Virus record (IMG/VR): IMGVR_UViG_2534681761_000010
Origin: a virus
Taxonomy: Duplodnaviria; Heunggongvirae; Uroviricota; Caudoviricetes
Reading direction: 5' to 3' (one strand)
DNA: 44,374 bases
Under the pieces are notes generated by a model. That model saw only the letters and a list, made by a program, of their open reading frames with translations. It searched no databases and was not told the DNA's origin. The position numbers and the translations under genes were made by a program. This document shows positions 23,760 to 33,529 of this stretch, piece by piece. Position 1 is the stretch's first letter, and every line of letters starts with the position of its first letter.

Positions 23760-25264
23760 TGGCAATTCTGGATGATGTGATTGGTGTTTTTTCTCCAGGC
23801 TGGAAAGCTGCGAGGTTGCGATCAAGAGCGTTAATCCGCGCTTATGAGGCCGTGAAACCCACACGCACACACAAAGCCCGACGGGAAAACCGTTCTGCCG
23901 ACCAGCTCAGTAAGTACGGGGCGGTTTCCCTGCGGGAGCAGGCCCGTTTTCTGGATATCAATCATGACCTCGTAATCGGCGTTTTCGACAAGCTTGAGGA
24001 GCGGGTGATTGGTGCAAAAGGGATTATTGTTGAACCCCAGCCATTACTGAAAAACGGTGGTGTGGCTACAGAGCTGGCAATGATTATCCGTCGTTTGTGG
24101 GCGGAATGGTCTGTCAGTCCGGATGTGACCGGACAGCATACGCGCCCCATGCTCGAACGTCTGCTGTTGCGTACCTGGTTACGTGATGGCGAAGTTTTTG
24201 CCCAGATGGTCAGAGGCGCAGGTGCCGGGCTGGCGCGGACTGCCGGTGTGCCTTTCTGGCTCGAGGCTATGGAGCCGGATTTTGTGCCCATGCTCAGTGA
24301 TGAGTCTGCGGGAATGAATCAGGGGGTTTTTCTGGATGAGTGGGGCAGACCGAAAAAATACCTTGTTTATAAAAATTATCCGGTTACCGGACGGCAGAGT
24401 GATACCAAAGAGATTGCAGCTGAAAATATGGTGCATCTGAAGTTTACCCGCCGGCTGCACCAGACGCGTGGTACATCCATGTTGTCGGGTGTGCTGATGC
24501 GGATCAGTGCACTTAAGGAGTACGAGGATTCTGAGTTGGTTGCAGCGCGTGTTGCTGCGGCTCTGGGGTTATATATTCGTAAAGGAGATGGACAGGATTA
24601 TGAAGATGTTGTGACAAATAAAGATAATGACCGGGAGTTGCATATCACTCCCGGCATTATTTATGACGATCTTCGTAAGGGGGAAGATATTGGCATGGTC
24701 AAATCTGACAGGCCTAACCCTAACCTGGAAACTTTTCGTAATGGTCAGTTGCGGGCCATGGCGGCGGGCACACGTCTGAGTTTTTCCAGTACAGCACGTA
24801 ACTATAACGGTACCTACAGCGCCCAGCGACAGGAACTGGTTGAGTCCACCGATGGCTATCTGATCCTGCAGGACTGTTTTATTGGTGGCGTAACCCGTCC
24901 GGTGTACCGGGCATGGCTGAATATGGTGGTCGCCGCGGGGTTACTGAAAATTCCGTCGGATGTGGATATGAAAACGTTATATAACGCAACATATTCTGGC
25001 CCGGTGATGCCGTGGATCGACCCGGTCAAGGAGGCTGAAGCCTGGAAAATTCAGATCCGGGGTGGTGCGGCGACAGAATCAGACTGGGTGCGCGCCAGTG
25101 GTCGTAATCCGGATGACGTCAAACGTCGGCGTAAGGCTGAGATTGATGAAAACCGCAGGCTGGAACTGGTATTTGATACCGATCCGGCAAGTGATAAAGG
25201 AGGTGGTAATGCTGAAACAGAACGCGTGGTTCCGCGGCGAACCGAAGGCCAGCCTGAAGAATAA
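23759..25264 (+). CDS. B: Portal protein (lambda gpB-like)
   Basis: 501 aa; position after W; start overlaps W stop (TGATG). Confidence 0.75.
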   Translation: MAILDDVIGVFSPGWKAARLRSRALIRAYEAVKPTRTHKARRENRSADQLSKYGAVSLREQARFLDINHDLVIGVFDKLEERVIGAKGIIVEPQPLLKNGGVATELAMIIRRLWAEWSVSPDVTGQHTRPMLERLLLRTWLRDGEVFAQMVRGAGAGLARTAGVPFWLEAMEPDFVPMLSDESAGMNQGVFLDEWGRPKKYLVYKNYPVTGRQSDTKEIAAENMVHLKFTRRLHQTRGTSMLSGVLMRISALKEYEDSELVAARVAAALGLYIRKGDGQDYEDVVTNKDNDRELHITPGIIYDDLRKGEDIGMVKSDRPNPNLETFRNGQLRAMAAGTRLSFSSTARNYNGTYSAQRQELVESTDGYLILQDCFIGGVTRPVYRAWLNMVVAAGLLKIPSDVDMKTLYNATYSGPVMPWIDPVKEAEAWKIQIRGGAATESDWVRASGRNPDDVKRRRKAEIDENRRLELVFDTDPASDKGGGNAETERVVPRRTEGQPEE

Positions 25265-27281
25265 TTCCTGGTTCAGGATGAAGGCGGGTCATAAAAGTGA
25301 TGCGGATATTTATATCTACGATGAGATTGGTTTCTGGGGAGTTACGGCGAAGCAGTTTGTCAGTGATCTGAATGCGCTGGGTAATATCACCCACATTAAT
25401 CTCCATATCAATTCACCGGGTGGCGATGTCTTTGAAGGCATCGCCATTTTTAATGCGCTGAAAAATCACGGAGCATCCATCACTGTTTATGTGGATGGCG
25501 TTGCCGCATCCATGGCATCGGTCATTGCAATGGTGGGGGATCCTGTCATCATGCCAGAAAATGCATTCATGATGATCCATAAACCATGGGGAGTGAGTGG
25601 TGGCGATGCGGATGATATGCGCGATTATGCCGACCTGCTTGATAAAGTTGAATCGGTCCTGTTGCCTGCTTATGCGCAAAAAACCGGAAAAACTACCGAT
25701 GAAATTGCCGCCTTGCTGAAGGATGAAACCTGGATGTCTGGTGCCGAATGCCTAGCACACGGATTTGCTGACCAGGTGACACCGGAAGTTAAGGCAATGG
25801 CATGTATTCAGTCAAAACGTACAGAGGAATTTAAAAAAATGCCGGAATCCATCCGAAATATGATTATTCCGCCACGCAACAGTGCAACGCGTGAGCCTGA
25901 AAACAAAAATACTGTATCTCAGACACAGGAGCAGACTACGGCTCAGGTTGTCGCAACCGCGACCAGTACCGTGACCACTGCAAATGCGTCTTCCGCAGAT
26001 GAAAGCAGTATCCGTGCACAGGTGCTGGCTGAGCAAAAAACACGCGTGAGTGGTATTAATGATCTGTTTGGTATGTTTGGCGGGCGTTATCAGACATTGC
26101 AGGCCAGTTGTCTTTCCGATCCGGAGTGCTCGCTTGAGCAGGCTCGCGAGAAGTTACTGAATGAAATGGGTAAGGAATTTTCACCATCAAATAAAAATAC
26201 CCCGTCCCATATTTATGCCGGCAACGGTAATTTTGTGGGGGACGGGATTCGTCAGGCGCTGATGGCGCGTGCCGGATTTGCTGAGCGTGAACAGGATAAC
26301 GTCTATAACGGGATGACCCTGCGTGAATATGCCCGAATGTCACTGACAGAACGTGGTATTGGGGTTTCCGGTTATAACCCGATGCAGATGGTCGGGGCTG
26401 CGTTCACGCACAGCACGTCTGACTTCGGTAATATTCTCCTGGATGTCGCGAACAAAGCCATTCTGCAGGGATGGGAAGAAGCCCCTGAGACTTACGAACA
26501 GTGGACCCGGAAAGGTCAGCTGTCTGATTTTAAAATTGCCCATCGTGTGGGAATGGGGGGCTTCAGTTCTCTGCGTCAGGTGCGTGAAGGGGCTGAATAT
26601 AAGTACGTCACCACCGGAGATAAACAGGCCACGATTGCACTGGCGACTTATGGTGAACTGTTCAGCATCACCCGTCAGGCCATTATCAACGATGATCTGA
26701 ATATGCTGACCGATGTTCCGATGAAACTGGGGCGTGCGGCGAAATCCACGATTGCCGATCTGGTTTATGCCATTCTGACATCTAACCCGAAAATCTCCAC
26801 GGATAATGTGAGCCTGTTCGATAAAGCGAAACATGCAAACGTGCTGGAGAATGCAGTAATGGACGTGGCGTCACTGGATAAAGCCCGCCAGTTGATGCGC
26901 GTTCAGAAAGAGGGCGAGCGTCATCTGAATATTCGTCCTGCGTTCGTACTTGTCCCGACGGCGATGGAATCCGTGGCTAACCAGGTGATCCGTTCTGCCA
27001 GTGTGAAAGGCGCAGATATTAATGCCGGTATTATTAACCCGGTGAAAGATTTTGCGACCGTTATTGCAGAGCCGCGCCTTGATGATAACAGCCAGACCAC
27101 CTTTTATCTGGCTGCGGCGAAAGGTACGGATACCATCGAAGTGGCTTATCTCAATGGGGTGGATACGCCATATATTGATCAGATGGAGGGCTTCAGCGTG
27201 GACGGCGTGACAACGAAAGTGCGTATTGACGCCGGTGTTGCACCAGTTGATCACCGCGGTCTGGTGAAATGTACGGCGTAA
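25209..27281 (+). CDS. Prohead protease (ClpP/S14-like) fused to HK97-fold major capsid protein
   Basis: Strong SD AAAGGAGGTGGTA before ATG at 25209; N-terminal ClpP-like region (INSPGGDVFEG, MAS, MIHKPWG); C-terminal 350 aa capsid-like; single uninterrupted frame. Confidence 0.7.
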   Translation: MLKQNAWFRGEPKASLKNNSWFRMKAGHKSDADIYIYDEIGFWGVTAKQFVSDLNALGNITHINLHINSPGGDVFEGIAIFNALKNHGASITVYVDGVAASMASVIAMVGDPVIMPENAFMMIHKPWGVSGGDADDMRDYADLLDKVESVLLPAYAQKTGKTTDEIAALLKDETWMSGAECLAHGFADQVTPEVKAMACIQSKRTEEFKKMPESIRNMIIPPRNSATREPENKNTVSQTQEQTTAQVVATATSTVTTANASSADESSIRAQVLAEQKTRVSGINDLFGMFGGRYQTLQASCLSDPECSLEQAREKLLNEMGKEFSPSNKNTPSHIYAGNGNFVGDGIRQALMARAGFAEREQDNVYNGMTLREYARMSLTERGIGVSGYNPMQMVGAAFTHSTSDFGNILLDVANKAILQGWEEAPETYEQWTRKGQLSDFKIAHRVGMGGFSSLRQVREGAEYKYVTTGDKQATIALATYGELFSITRQAIINDDLNMLTDVPMKLGRAAKSTIADLVYAILTSNPKISTDNVSLFDKAKHANVLENAVMDVASLDKARQLMRVQKEGERHLNIRPAFVLVPTAMESVANQVIRSASVKGADINAGIINPVKDFATVIAEPRLDDNSQTTFYLAAAKGTDTIEVAYLNGVDTPYIDQMEGFSVDGVTTKVRIDAGVAPVDHRGLVKCTA

Positions 27282-27303
27282 ACGTCGCAGACAACAACTC
27301 TGA

Positions 27304-27325
27304 TGGCCCGTAAGGGCTTTTTTTG
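27304..27325 (+). terminator. Terminator-like hairpin with U-tract after the capsid gene
   Basis: GCCC-GTAA-GGGC followed by TTTTTTT. Confidence 0.4.
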
Positions 27326-27368
27326 TACCTGAAATCAGCCCCGTTCAGGGGGCTTTGCGGAGGCTGTT

Positions 27369-27692
27369 ATGGCAAAGAATTTTGTGGAAGACGGGAAAAC
27401 GGTGGAGATTGTCGCTGGCGCAAATATCAGTAGCGGAGAGCTGGTACAGGTGGGCGATATTTTTGCTGTGGCACTGACCGATATTGCAAAAGGCGAAATT
27501 GGGGACGGCATGACTGAAGGTGTATTTATGCTGCCGAAACTGAAAACGGATGATATGAAAACCGGTAAGAAGGTTTATCTGAAATCCGGAAAAGTTCAGC
27601 TGACGAACAGCGGCTCTGATCCGCTGGTCGGGGTTGTCTGGGCAGATGCCGGAACCAGTGCAGAAGACGTGCCGGTAAAACTCAATGTCTGA
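27369..27692 (+). CDS. Head protein (decoration or head-completion; function uncertain)
   Basis: GGAGG SD; 107 aa; position between capsid and FII-like gene. Confidence 0.4.
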   Translation: MAKNFVEDGKTVEIVAGANISSGELVQVGDIFAVALTDIAKGEIGDGMTEGVFMLPKLKTDDMKTGKKVYLKSGKVQLTNSGSDPLVGVVWADAGTSAEDVPVKLNV

Positions 27693-27960
27693 TCCCTTTT
27701 CCCGGTTGGCAGCCCGTATGGATGCTGTCACGATCAGAAAAATGGGGAAAACGGCCTCGATTAATGATGCGGATATGATTGTGATCCCGGGAGAAACACT
27801 GGCAGAGCTGAATGCGCTGTCCGGATCGGCGGTTTCTCTGGTGGGGTTTTCTTCGGGGTATCGTCCGCGGCGCGGGGACCGCGTTGTTTATGACGGACAA
27901 CAATGGACGGTCACACGGCATGAACGCTTTAACGGTAAACCCGTGATCTTTATTGAGTAA
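27685..27960 (+). CDS. FII: Head-tail joining protein (lambda FII-like)
   Basis: 91 aa; RRGDRVVYDGQQWTVTRHER parallels lambda FII RRGDTLTIGEENFWVDRV. Confidence 0.6.
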   Translation: MSDPFSRLAARMDAVTIRKMGKTASINDADMIVIPGETLAELNALSGSAVSLVGFSSGYRPRRGDRVVYDGQQWTVTRHERFNGKPVIFIE

Positions 27961-27970
27961 AGGGGGATGG

Positions 27971-28549
27971 ATGAAGGGGCTTGAGAATGCTATTCGCAAT
28001 CTGAACAGCCTTGATACCCGTATGGTACCGCAGGCCAGTGCATGGGCGATAAACCGTGTGGCGCAGAAAGCGGTCTCGGTAGCTACCCGGCAGGTTGCGC
28101 AGAATACCGTTGCGGGTGACAACCACGTAAAAGGGATCCCCCTGAAAACGGTGCGTCAGCGCGTCCGGATATTGAAGGCCAGCCCGTCAGGAAAAATGTA
28201 TGCCCGTATCCGGATTAACCGGGGCAACCTGCCAGCCATTAAGCTCGGGGCGGCTCAGGTCAGGCTGGCGCGGCGTGGCGGAAAGCTACGGTACCGGGGA
28301 AGTCTGCTGAAGGTGGGCAAATATCTTTTCCGGGATGCGTTTATTCAGCAACTGGCGAACGGTCGCTGGCATGTGATGCGGCGTATTGACGGCAAAAATC
28401 GTTACCCCATTGATGTGGTGAAAATCCCGTTGTCCGGACCGCTGACGCAGGCATTTACGGAAGCCAGTCGGCATATTGCTGAAACGGAGATGCCGAAACA
28501 ACTGGGTTATGCACTGAAGCAGCAACTGAGGTTATTTCTGACACGATGA
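27971..28549 (+). CDS. Z: Tail completion protein gpZ
   Basis: KGLENAIRNL...AFIQQLANGRWHVMRRIDGKNRYPIDVVKIPL closely parallels lambda Z. Confidence 0.85.
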   Translation: MKGLENAIRNLNSLDTRMVPQASAWAINRVAQKAVSVATRQVAQNTVAGDNHVKGIPLKTVRQRVRILKASPSGKMYARIRINRGNLPAIKLGAAQVRLARRGGKLRYRGSLLKVGKYLFRDAFIQQLANGRWHVMRRIDGKNRYPIDVVKIPLSGPLTQAFTEASRHIAETEMPKQLGYALKQQLRLFLTR

Positions 28550-28947
28550 ACAGACATACAAAAATCCGTCAGGCGGTACTGGCACGTCTGTGTGAGGAGT
28601 GTGGCGAGTGCGCCACATTTTTTGACGGGCTTCCGGCCTTTATTGATGCACAGGAGTTGCCCGCTGTGGCGGTCTGGCTGAGCGATGCCCGGTATACCGG
28701 AAAAATGACAGATGAGGACGACTGGCAGGCCGTTCTGCATATCGCTGTGTTTATCCGTGCGCAGGCACCGGATTCAGAGCTGGATGAGTGGATGGAAAAT
28801 AGCATTTATCCGGCGCTGAGGCATATACCGGCGCTTTCCGGGCTGATCGACACCATGACACCGCAGGGGTTTAACTACCAGCGCGATGATGAGATGGCGA
28901 CGTGGGCGATGGCGGAAATCACGTATCAGATCGCCTACACGAACTGA
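28546..28947 (+). CDS. U: Tail terminator protein gpU
   Basis: ATFFDG..PAVAVWL..ARYTG..WQAVLHI..PDSELDEWME..IPALSGLI parallels lambda U. Confidence 0.9.
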   Translation: MNRHTKIRQAVLARLCEECGECATFFDGLPAFIDAQELPAVAVWLSDARYTGKMTDEDDWQAVLHIAVFIRAQAPDSELDEWMENSIYPALRHIPALSGLIDTMTPQGFNYQRDDEMATWAMAEITYQIAYTN

Positions 28948-28969
28948 ATAAATAATGTAAGGAGGAGTG

Positions 28970-29740
28970 ATGTCCACACCGAATCCACTGGAGAAAACGA
29001 AAGGCGCAGGGACAACATTCTGGATGTATACCGGGATGGGAGATCCGTTTGCGTCTGCATTGTCAGACACGGACTGGCTGCGACTGGCAATGGGGAAGGA
29101 TTTGCAGCCGGGCGAAATGACGGCTGATGCGGAAGACGACACGTATCTTGATGATGAGAATGCGGACTGGAAGAGCACATCTCAGGGCCAGAAAACCGCT
29201 GGCGATACGTCTGCCACACTGGCATGGCGTCCGGGCGACAGCGGACAGAAAAAACTGGTTGAGTTGTTTTATTCCGGCGAGGTTTGTGCGTTCCGCATTC
29301 TGTATCCCAACGGAACGGTTGATGTTTTTCGTGGCTGGCTTAGTTCGCTGGGCAAGGCGGTGACGTCAACGGAAGTGATGACCAGGACCATCAAAATCAC
29401 CGGGATTGGGCGTCCACACCTGGCGGAAGAGAGCCAGGAGGTGGTCAGCGTCACTGGTGTGACGGTGACACCGACGGCGGTGACACTCCAGCCTGGTGAA
29501 ATGTCCGTACTGAAGTTTGCGCTTGTACCGGAAAACGCCTCGGATAAAACGCTCACGGTGTTTTCCACGGATCCGCAGACAGCAACGGTAAGCCTGAGCG
29601 GCCTTGTGGCTACGGTATCTGCCCGCCAGGAAGGGACGGTCAGTATTGTGGGTATGAGCGGTGATGGCCGTACGGGGCAGGTGGTCACAGTGACCGTGGT
29701 CTCTGCTGAGGAGAAGGGTACCGGACGCGCCAGGGGATAA
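28970..29740 (+). CDS. V: Major tail protein gpV (with C-terminal Big_2-like domain)
   Basis: PNP..KGAGTT.W.Y.G.GDP...LSD.DW.RLA..KDL.PGE.TA....DSYLDDE.ADW....QGQK.AGDTS.TLAW.PG parallels lambda V. Confidence 0.9.
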   Translation: MSTPNPLEKTKGAGTTFWMYTGMGDPFASALSDTDWLRLAMGKDLQPGEMTADAEDDTYLDDENADWKSTSQGQKTAGDTSATLAWRPGDSGQKKLVELFYSGEVCAFRILYPNGTVDVFRGWLSSLGKAVTSTEVMTRTIKITGIGRPHLAEESQEVVSVTGVTVTPTAVTLQPGEMSVLKFALVPENASDKTLTVFSTDPQTATVSLSGLVATVSARQEGTVSIVGMSGDGRTGQVVTVTVVSAEEKGTGRARG

Positions 29741-29761
29741 CCGGGCCGTATTTATCATCAG

Positions 29762-29784
29762 CCCCGGTTCGCCGGGGTTTTTTA
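29762..29784 (+). terminator. Intrinsic terminator with UUCG tetraloop between V and G
   Basis: CCCCGG-TTCG-CCGGGG followed by TTTTTTATT. Confidence 0.6.
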
Positions 29785-29800
29785 TTCGGGGAGAAGAGTG

Positions 29801-30190
29801 ATGTTTCTGAAACAGGATACGTTTAATTACGGCAATCAGTCGGTGGTACTGAATGAACTGTCTGGTCTGCAGCGTGTGGAATACCTGGCTTATGCCCGTG
29901 AACGCGCGGCGCAGTTTGATGAGGCTTCTGCAGGAATGGAAGAAGGGGCCCGCCAGATTGCTTTCATGGAAATGGGGATGGACATCAACGCCTGGCTGGT
30001 TTCCCGTTCGCTGTGGAATGCCGACCAGTCTCAGAATGTGGCGGCGCTTTTTTCCTCCGTGCGCGTGACATGGTCCTGGGATGCGCTGGGGATGGCGGCG
30101 GAAAGCATTCTGGCGCTGAGCGGTATGGCACTGACAGTGGCGACAGAGGGGGATGACGTGAAGGAGGTGCTGACGCCGGAAAAGTCCTGA
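29801..30190 (+). CDS. G: Tail assembly chaperone gpG
   Basis: MFLK....F.....V.L.ELS.LQR.E.LA matches lambda G N-terminus. Confidence 0.85.
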   Translation: MFLKQDTFNYGNQSVVLNELSGLQRVEYLAYARERAAQFDEASAGMEEGARQIAFMEMGMDINAWLVSRSLWNADQSQNVAALFSSVRVTWSWDALGMAAESILALSGMALTVATEGDDVKEVLTPEKS

Positions 30191-30513
30191 CGCAGGAAAT
30201 GCAGTTTGTCATGCGGCTGGCCCGGGAGTTCCGGCGGGGCGACTGGCGGCGAATGCTGTCAGAAATGTCAGCCACAGAACTGGGAGAGTGGGGGGATTAT
30301 TTCCGGCGGCAGAGTTTCAGTGATGTGTGGCTGGATGCGCAATTTGCCACACTGAAAACGCTGATTGTGCAGATGGTTTCCGGAAAAACCGTGGCGGCGG
30401 ATATGTTCAGCCTGTTGCCTTCAGAGACAGAAGCGCCCGTCCGGACAGATGAAGAGCTGATGTTTCTGGGGGAAGGTATCGCGGGAGGAATAAGAATTGA
30501 GCCAGATAGCTGA
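30157..30513 (+). CDS. T: gpT reading frame (expressed as G-T fusion by -1 frameshift near 30178-30184)
   Basis: Open -1 frame begins at 30157 and overlaps the last 11 codons of G; same arrangement as lambda G/GT. Confidence 0.7.
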   Translation, partial: REGGADAGKVLTQEMQFVMRLAREFRRGDWRRMLSEMSATELGEWGDYFRRQSFSDVWLDAQFATLKTLIVQMVSGKTVAADMFSLLPSETEAPVRTDEELMFLGEGIAGGIRIEPDS

Positions 30514-33500
30514 CCTTGTTATTGATTTAAGTGTTGATACGGCTGATTTTAAGGAACAGCTTCCGCGTATTAAAGCGCAACTCAATGGTACCGCCAGCGA
30601 AGCGGCGCGCGCAGAAGCGCGGGTCAGACAGTTTGAAGCGAGTCAGAAGCAGGCGGCGACTACCGCGGTGAAACAGACTCAGGCACTGGCGGGGAATGCG
30701 CAGGCGCATGTTTCGTTGTCAGAGGATGTGGAACAGACCCGTCAGCGACTTGATGCCCTGAACCGGAAAATGCGTGAGGAGCAGGCGCAGGCGGCGGCAC
30801 TGGCTGCTGCTCAGGATAAAGCCGCTGCTGCATTTTATCGTCAGATTGACAGTGTGAAACAGGCGGGGGCCGGACTGCAGGAGCTGCAGCGTATTCAGCA
30901 GCAGGTCCGTCAGGCCAGAAACAATGGTGGCATCGCGCAGCAGGATTATCTGGCGTTAATCTCCGAAGTGACGGCAAAAACCCGCGTGCTGGCTCAGGCT
31001 GAAGAATCCGCCACCCGCCAGAAGACGGCCTTTATCCGGCGGCTGAAGGAGCAGGTATCCGCTCAGAATCTTTCATCCACGGAGCTGCTCAGGGCAAAAG
31101 CCGCGCAGCTGGGTGTCAGTAGTGCGGCTGAGGTGTATATCAGCAAAATGGAAAAAGCCGGGAAGGTCACGCATTCGCTGGGGCTGAAAAGTGCGGCGGC
31201 CCGCCAGGAGATAGGTGTTCTGATAGGTGAAATTGCCCGGGGTAATTTCGGTGCGCTTCGTGGCTCCGGGATCACCCTGGCTAACCGTGCCGGATGGATT
31301 GACGCGCTGATGTCCCCGAAAGGCATGGCTGTCGGCGGGGTTATCGGTGGACTCACTGCTGCTGTTGTCGGGCTGGGAAAGGCCTGGTATGACGGTCAGA
31401 AGGAGGGGGAGGTGTTTAATCGTCAGCTGGCGTTGACAGGGCATTATGCGGGCATCACTACCGGACAGCTGTGGACTCTCAGTCGCGCCATTTCCGGGAA
31501 TGGTATCACGCAACATGCTGCAGCCAGTGCGCTGGCTCAGGCGGTTGGCAGCGGTGCATTTCGTGGAGGTGATATCGCCATGGTGGCGAAAGCTGCCGCG
31601 CAAATGGAAAGTTCAGTGGGGCAGTCTGTCAGCGACACCATCAGTCAGTTTAAGCGACTGAAGGATGACCCGGTAAATGCAGCCAGGACGCTGGATAATG
31701 AACTGCATTTCCTGACTGCCACCCAGCTTGAACAAATCCGTGTTCTCGGGGAACAGGGGCGTGCCAGTGATGCTGCCCGGATCGCCATGTCAGCGCTGGC
31801 AGAGGAAACCGGTAAACGCACATCTGATATTGATAATAATCTCAATGCGCTGGGCAGTACGCTGCAAACCTTATCTGACTGGTGGAAGCAGTTCTGGGAT
31901 GCCGCCATGAATATCGGGCGTAATGATTCCCTTGATGCGCAGATTGCGGCGCTGCAGGAAAAAATTCAGCGTGCGAAAAAATCGCCCTGGACAAATGCAT
32001 CCACCACAGTGGAATACGACCAGCAGCGCCTTGATGAACTTCAGGAGAAAAAGCGCCAGAAAGATTTACAGGATGCAAAAGAGCAGGCAGAGCGGAATTA
32101 TCAGGAGCAACAGAAACGCCGGAATGCTGAAAATGCCGCGCTGAACCGGATGAACGAAACGGAAGCGGCACGACATCAGCGTGAAATTGCGCGTATTAAT
32201 GCCATGCAGTACGCAGATCAGTCGGTCAGGGACGCAGCGATACAGCGTGAAAATAAACGTCACAAAAAAGCCATTAAGAAAGAAACGCCTGCCACCCGTA
32301 ATGATGAGGCCACCCGGTTATTACTGCAGTACAGCCAGCAACAGGCGCAGGTGGAGGGGCAGATCGCCGCCGCCAGACAGTCCGCGGGACTGACCACGAA
32401 AAAAATGACGGAAGCGCATAAGCAGCTTCTGGCCCTGCAGCAGCGTATCAGTGATTTAGCCGGTAAAAAGCTGACGGCAGATGAAAAAAGCGTGCTGGCG
32501 CATAAGGATGAACTGATTCAGGCGCTGACGCTGCTGGATGCAAAACAGCAGGAGCTGCAGAAGCAGACGGCGCTGAATGACCTTAAGAAAAAATCCATTC
32601 AGCTTGCCAGCCAGCTGGCGGAAGAGGAGCGGGTTCTGCGTCAGCAACATGACCTGGATATCGCCACGACAGGGATGGGGGATAAACAGCGTCAGCGATA
32701 CCAGGCACAGTTCAGTCTGCAACAAAAATATCAGCAGCAGCGGGAACAGTTGGAGCGTGACAGTAAGCGGAAAGGAACATATGGCACAGATGAATACCGG
32801 AATGCTGAGCAGACGCTGACAGACAGTCTTAACCGGCAACTGAACGAAAACAGACGCTACTGGCAGGAGCAGGAACTGATGCAGGCAGACTGGAAAAACG
32901 GTGCCATGCGGGCGTTTCAGAATTTTACGGCAGATGCGGATAATGCGGCAGGAACTGCTGAGCAGATGTTTACAGCGGCATTTAACAGTGCAGGTAATGC
33001 ACTGGCGACGTTCTGCACGACAGGTAAACTGAATTTCAAATCCTTTACCGCCTCGCTTCTTTCCGACCTGGCAAAAATCATGGCGCAGATGGCCATTATG
33101 CAGGCGGTGAAGGGGATTGGTTCGGCGTTTGGCTGGGGGAGCGCATCCGCTGCCAGTGTGACGCCCAATGCAGATGGCGGTGTTTATCAGTCTGCGGATT
33201 TGAGCCGTTACAGTGGCTCAGTGGTTAACCGCCCGACGTTTTTTGCCTTTGCAAAAGGCGCGGGGGTGATGGGAGAAGCGGGACCTGAAGCCATTCTGCC
33301 ACTGCGTCGTGGTGCCGACGGTAAGCTGGGCGTTGTGGCGGATATTGGTGGTTCAGGCATGGTGATGTTTGCCCCGCAGTACAACATCGCGATCAATAAC
33401 GACGGTACGAACGGGCAGATAGGTCCGGCTGCCCTGAAGGTGGTTTATGACCTCGGGAAAAAAGCTGCAGCGGACTTTATGCAACAGCAGTCCCGTGATG

Positions 33501-33529
33501 GCGGTCAGTTAAGCGGAGTGTATCGGTAA
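30497..33529 (+). CDS. H: Tail tape measure protein gpH
   Basis: 1010 aa, Ala/Gln-rich coiled coil; C-terminal region parallels lambda H; followed by M. Confidence 0.9.
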   Translation: MSQIADLVIDLSVDTADFKEQLPRIKAQLNGTASEAARAEARVRQFEASQKQAATTAVKQTQALAGNAQAHVSLSEDVEQTRQRLDALNRKMREEQAQAAALAAAQDKAAAAFYRQIDSVKQAGAGLQELQRIQQQVRQARNNGGIAQQDYLALISEVTAKTRVLAQAEESATRQKTAFIRRLKEQVSAQNLSSTELLRAKAAQLGVSSAAEVYISKMEKAGKVTHSLGLKSAAARQEIGVLIGEIARGNFGALRGSGITLANRAGWIDALMSPKGMAVGGVIGGLTAAVVGLGKAWYDGQKEGEVFNRQLALTGHYAGITTGQLWTLSRAISGNGITQHAAASALAQAVGSGAFRGGDIAMVAKAAAQMESSVGQSVSDTISQFKRLKDDPVNAARTLDNELHFLTATQLEQIRVLGEQGRASDAARIAMSALAEETGKRTSDIDNNLNALGSTLQTLSDWWKQFWDAAMNIGRNDSLDAQIAALQEKIQRAKKSPWTNASTTVEYDQQRLDELQEKKRQKDLQDAKEQAERNYQEQQKRRNAENAALNRMNETEAARHQREIARINAMQYADQSVRDAAIQRENKRHKKAIKKETPATRNDEATRLLLQYSQQQAQVEGQIAAARQSAGLTTKKMTEAHKQLLALQQRISDLAGKKLTADEKSVLAHKDELIQALTLLDAKQQELQKQTALNDLKKKSIQLASQLAEEERVLRQQHDLDIATTGMGDKQRQRYQAQFSLQQKYQQQREQLERDSKRKGTYGTDEYRNAEQTLTDSLNRQLNENRRYWQEQELMQADWKNGAMRAFQNFTADADNAAGTAEQMFTAAFNSAGNALATFCTTGKLNFKSFTASLLSDLAKIMAQMAIMQAVKGIGSAFGWGSASAASVTPNADGGVYQSADLSRYSGSVVNRPTFFAFAKGAGVMGEAGPEAILPLRRGADGKLGVVADIGGSGMVMFAPQYNIAINNDGTNGQIGPAALKVVYDLGKKAAADFMQQQSRDGGQLSGVYR

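Noticed and set aside
25062-25208. Upstream start (25062) for the protease-capsid gene given by the ORF track
   Set aside because: An internal ATG at 25209 has a near-consensus Shine-Dalgarno (AAAGGAGGTGGTA) whereas 25062 has none and would overlap the portal gene by about 200 nt; 25209 was chosen.
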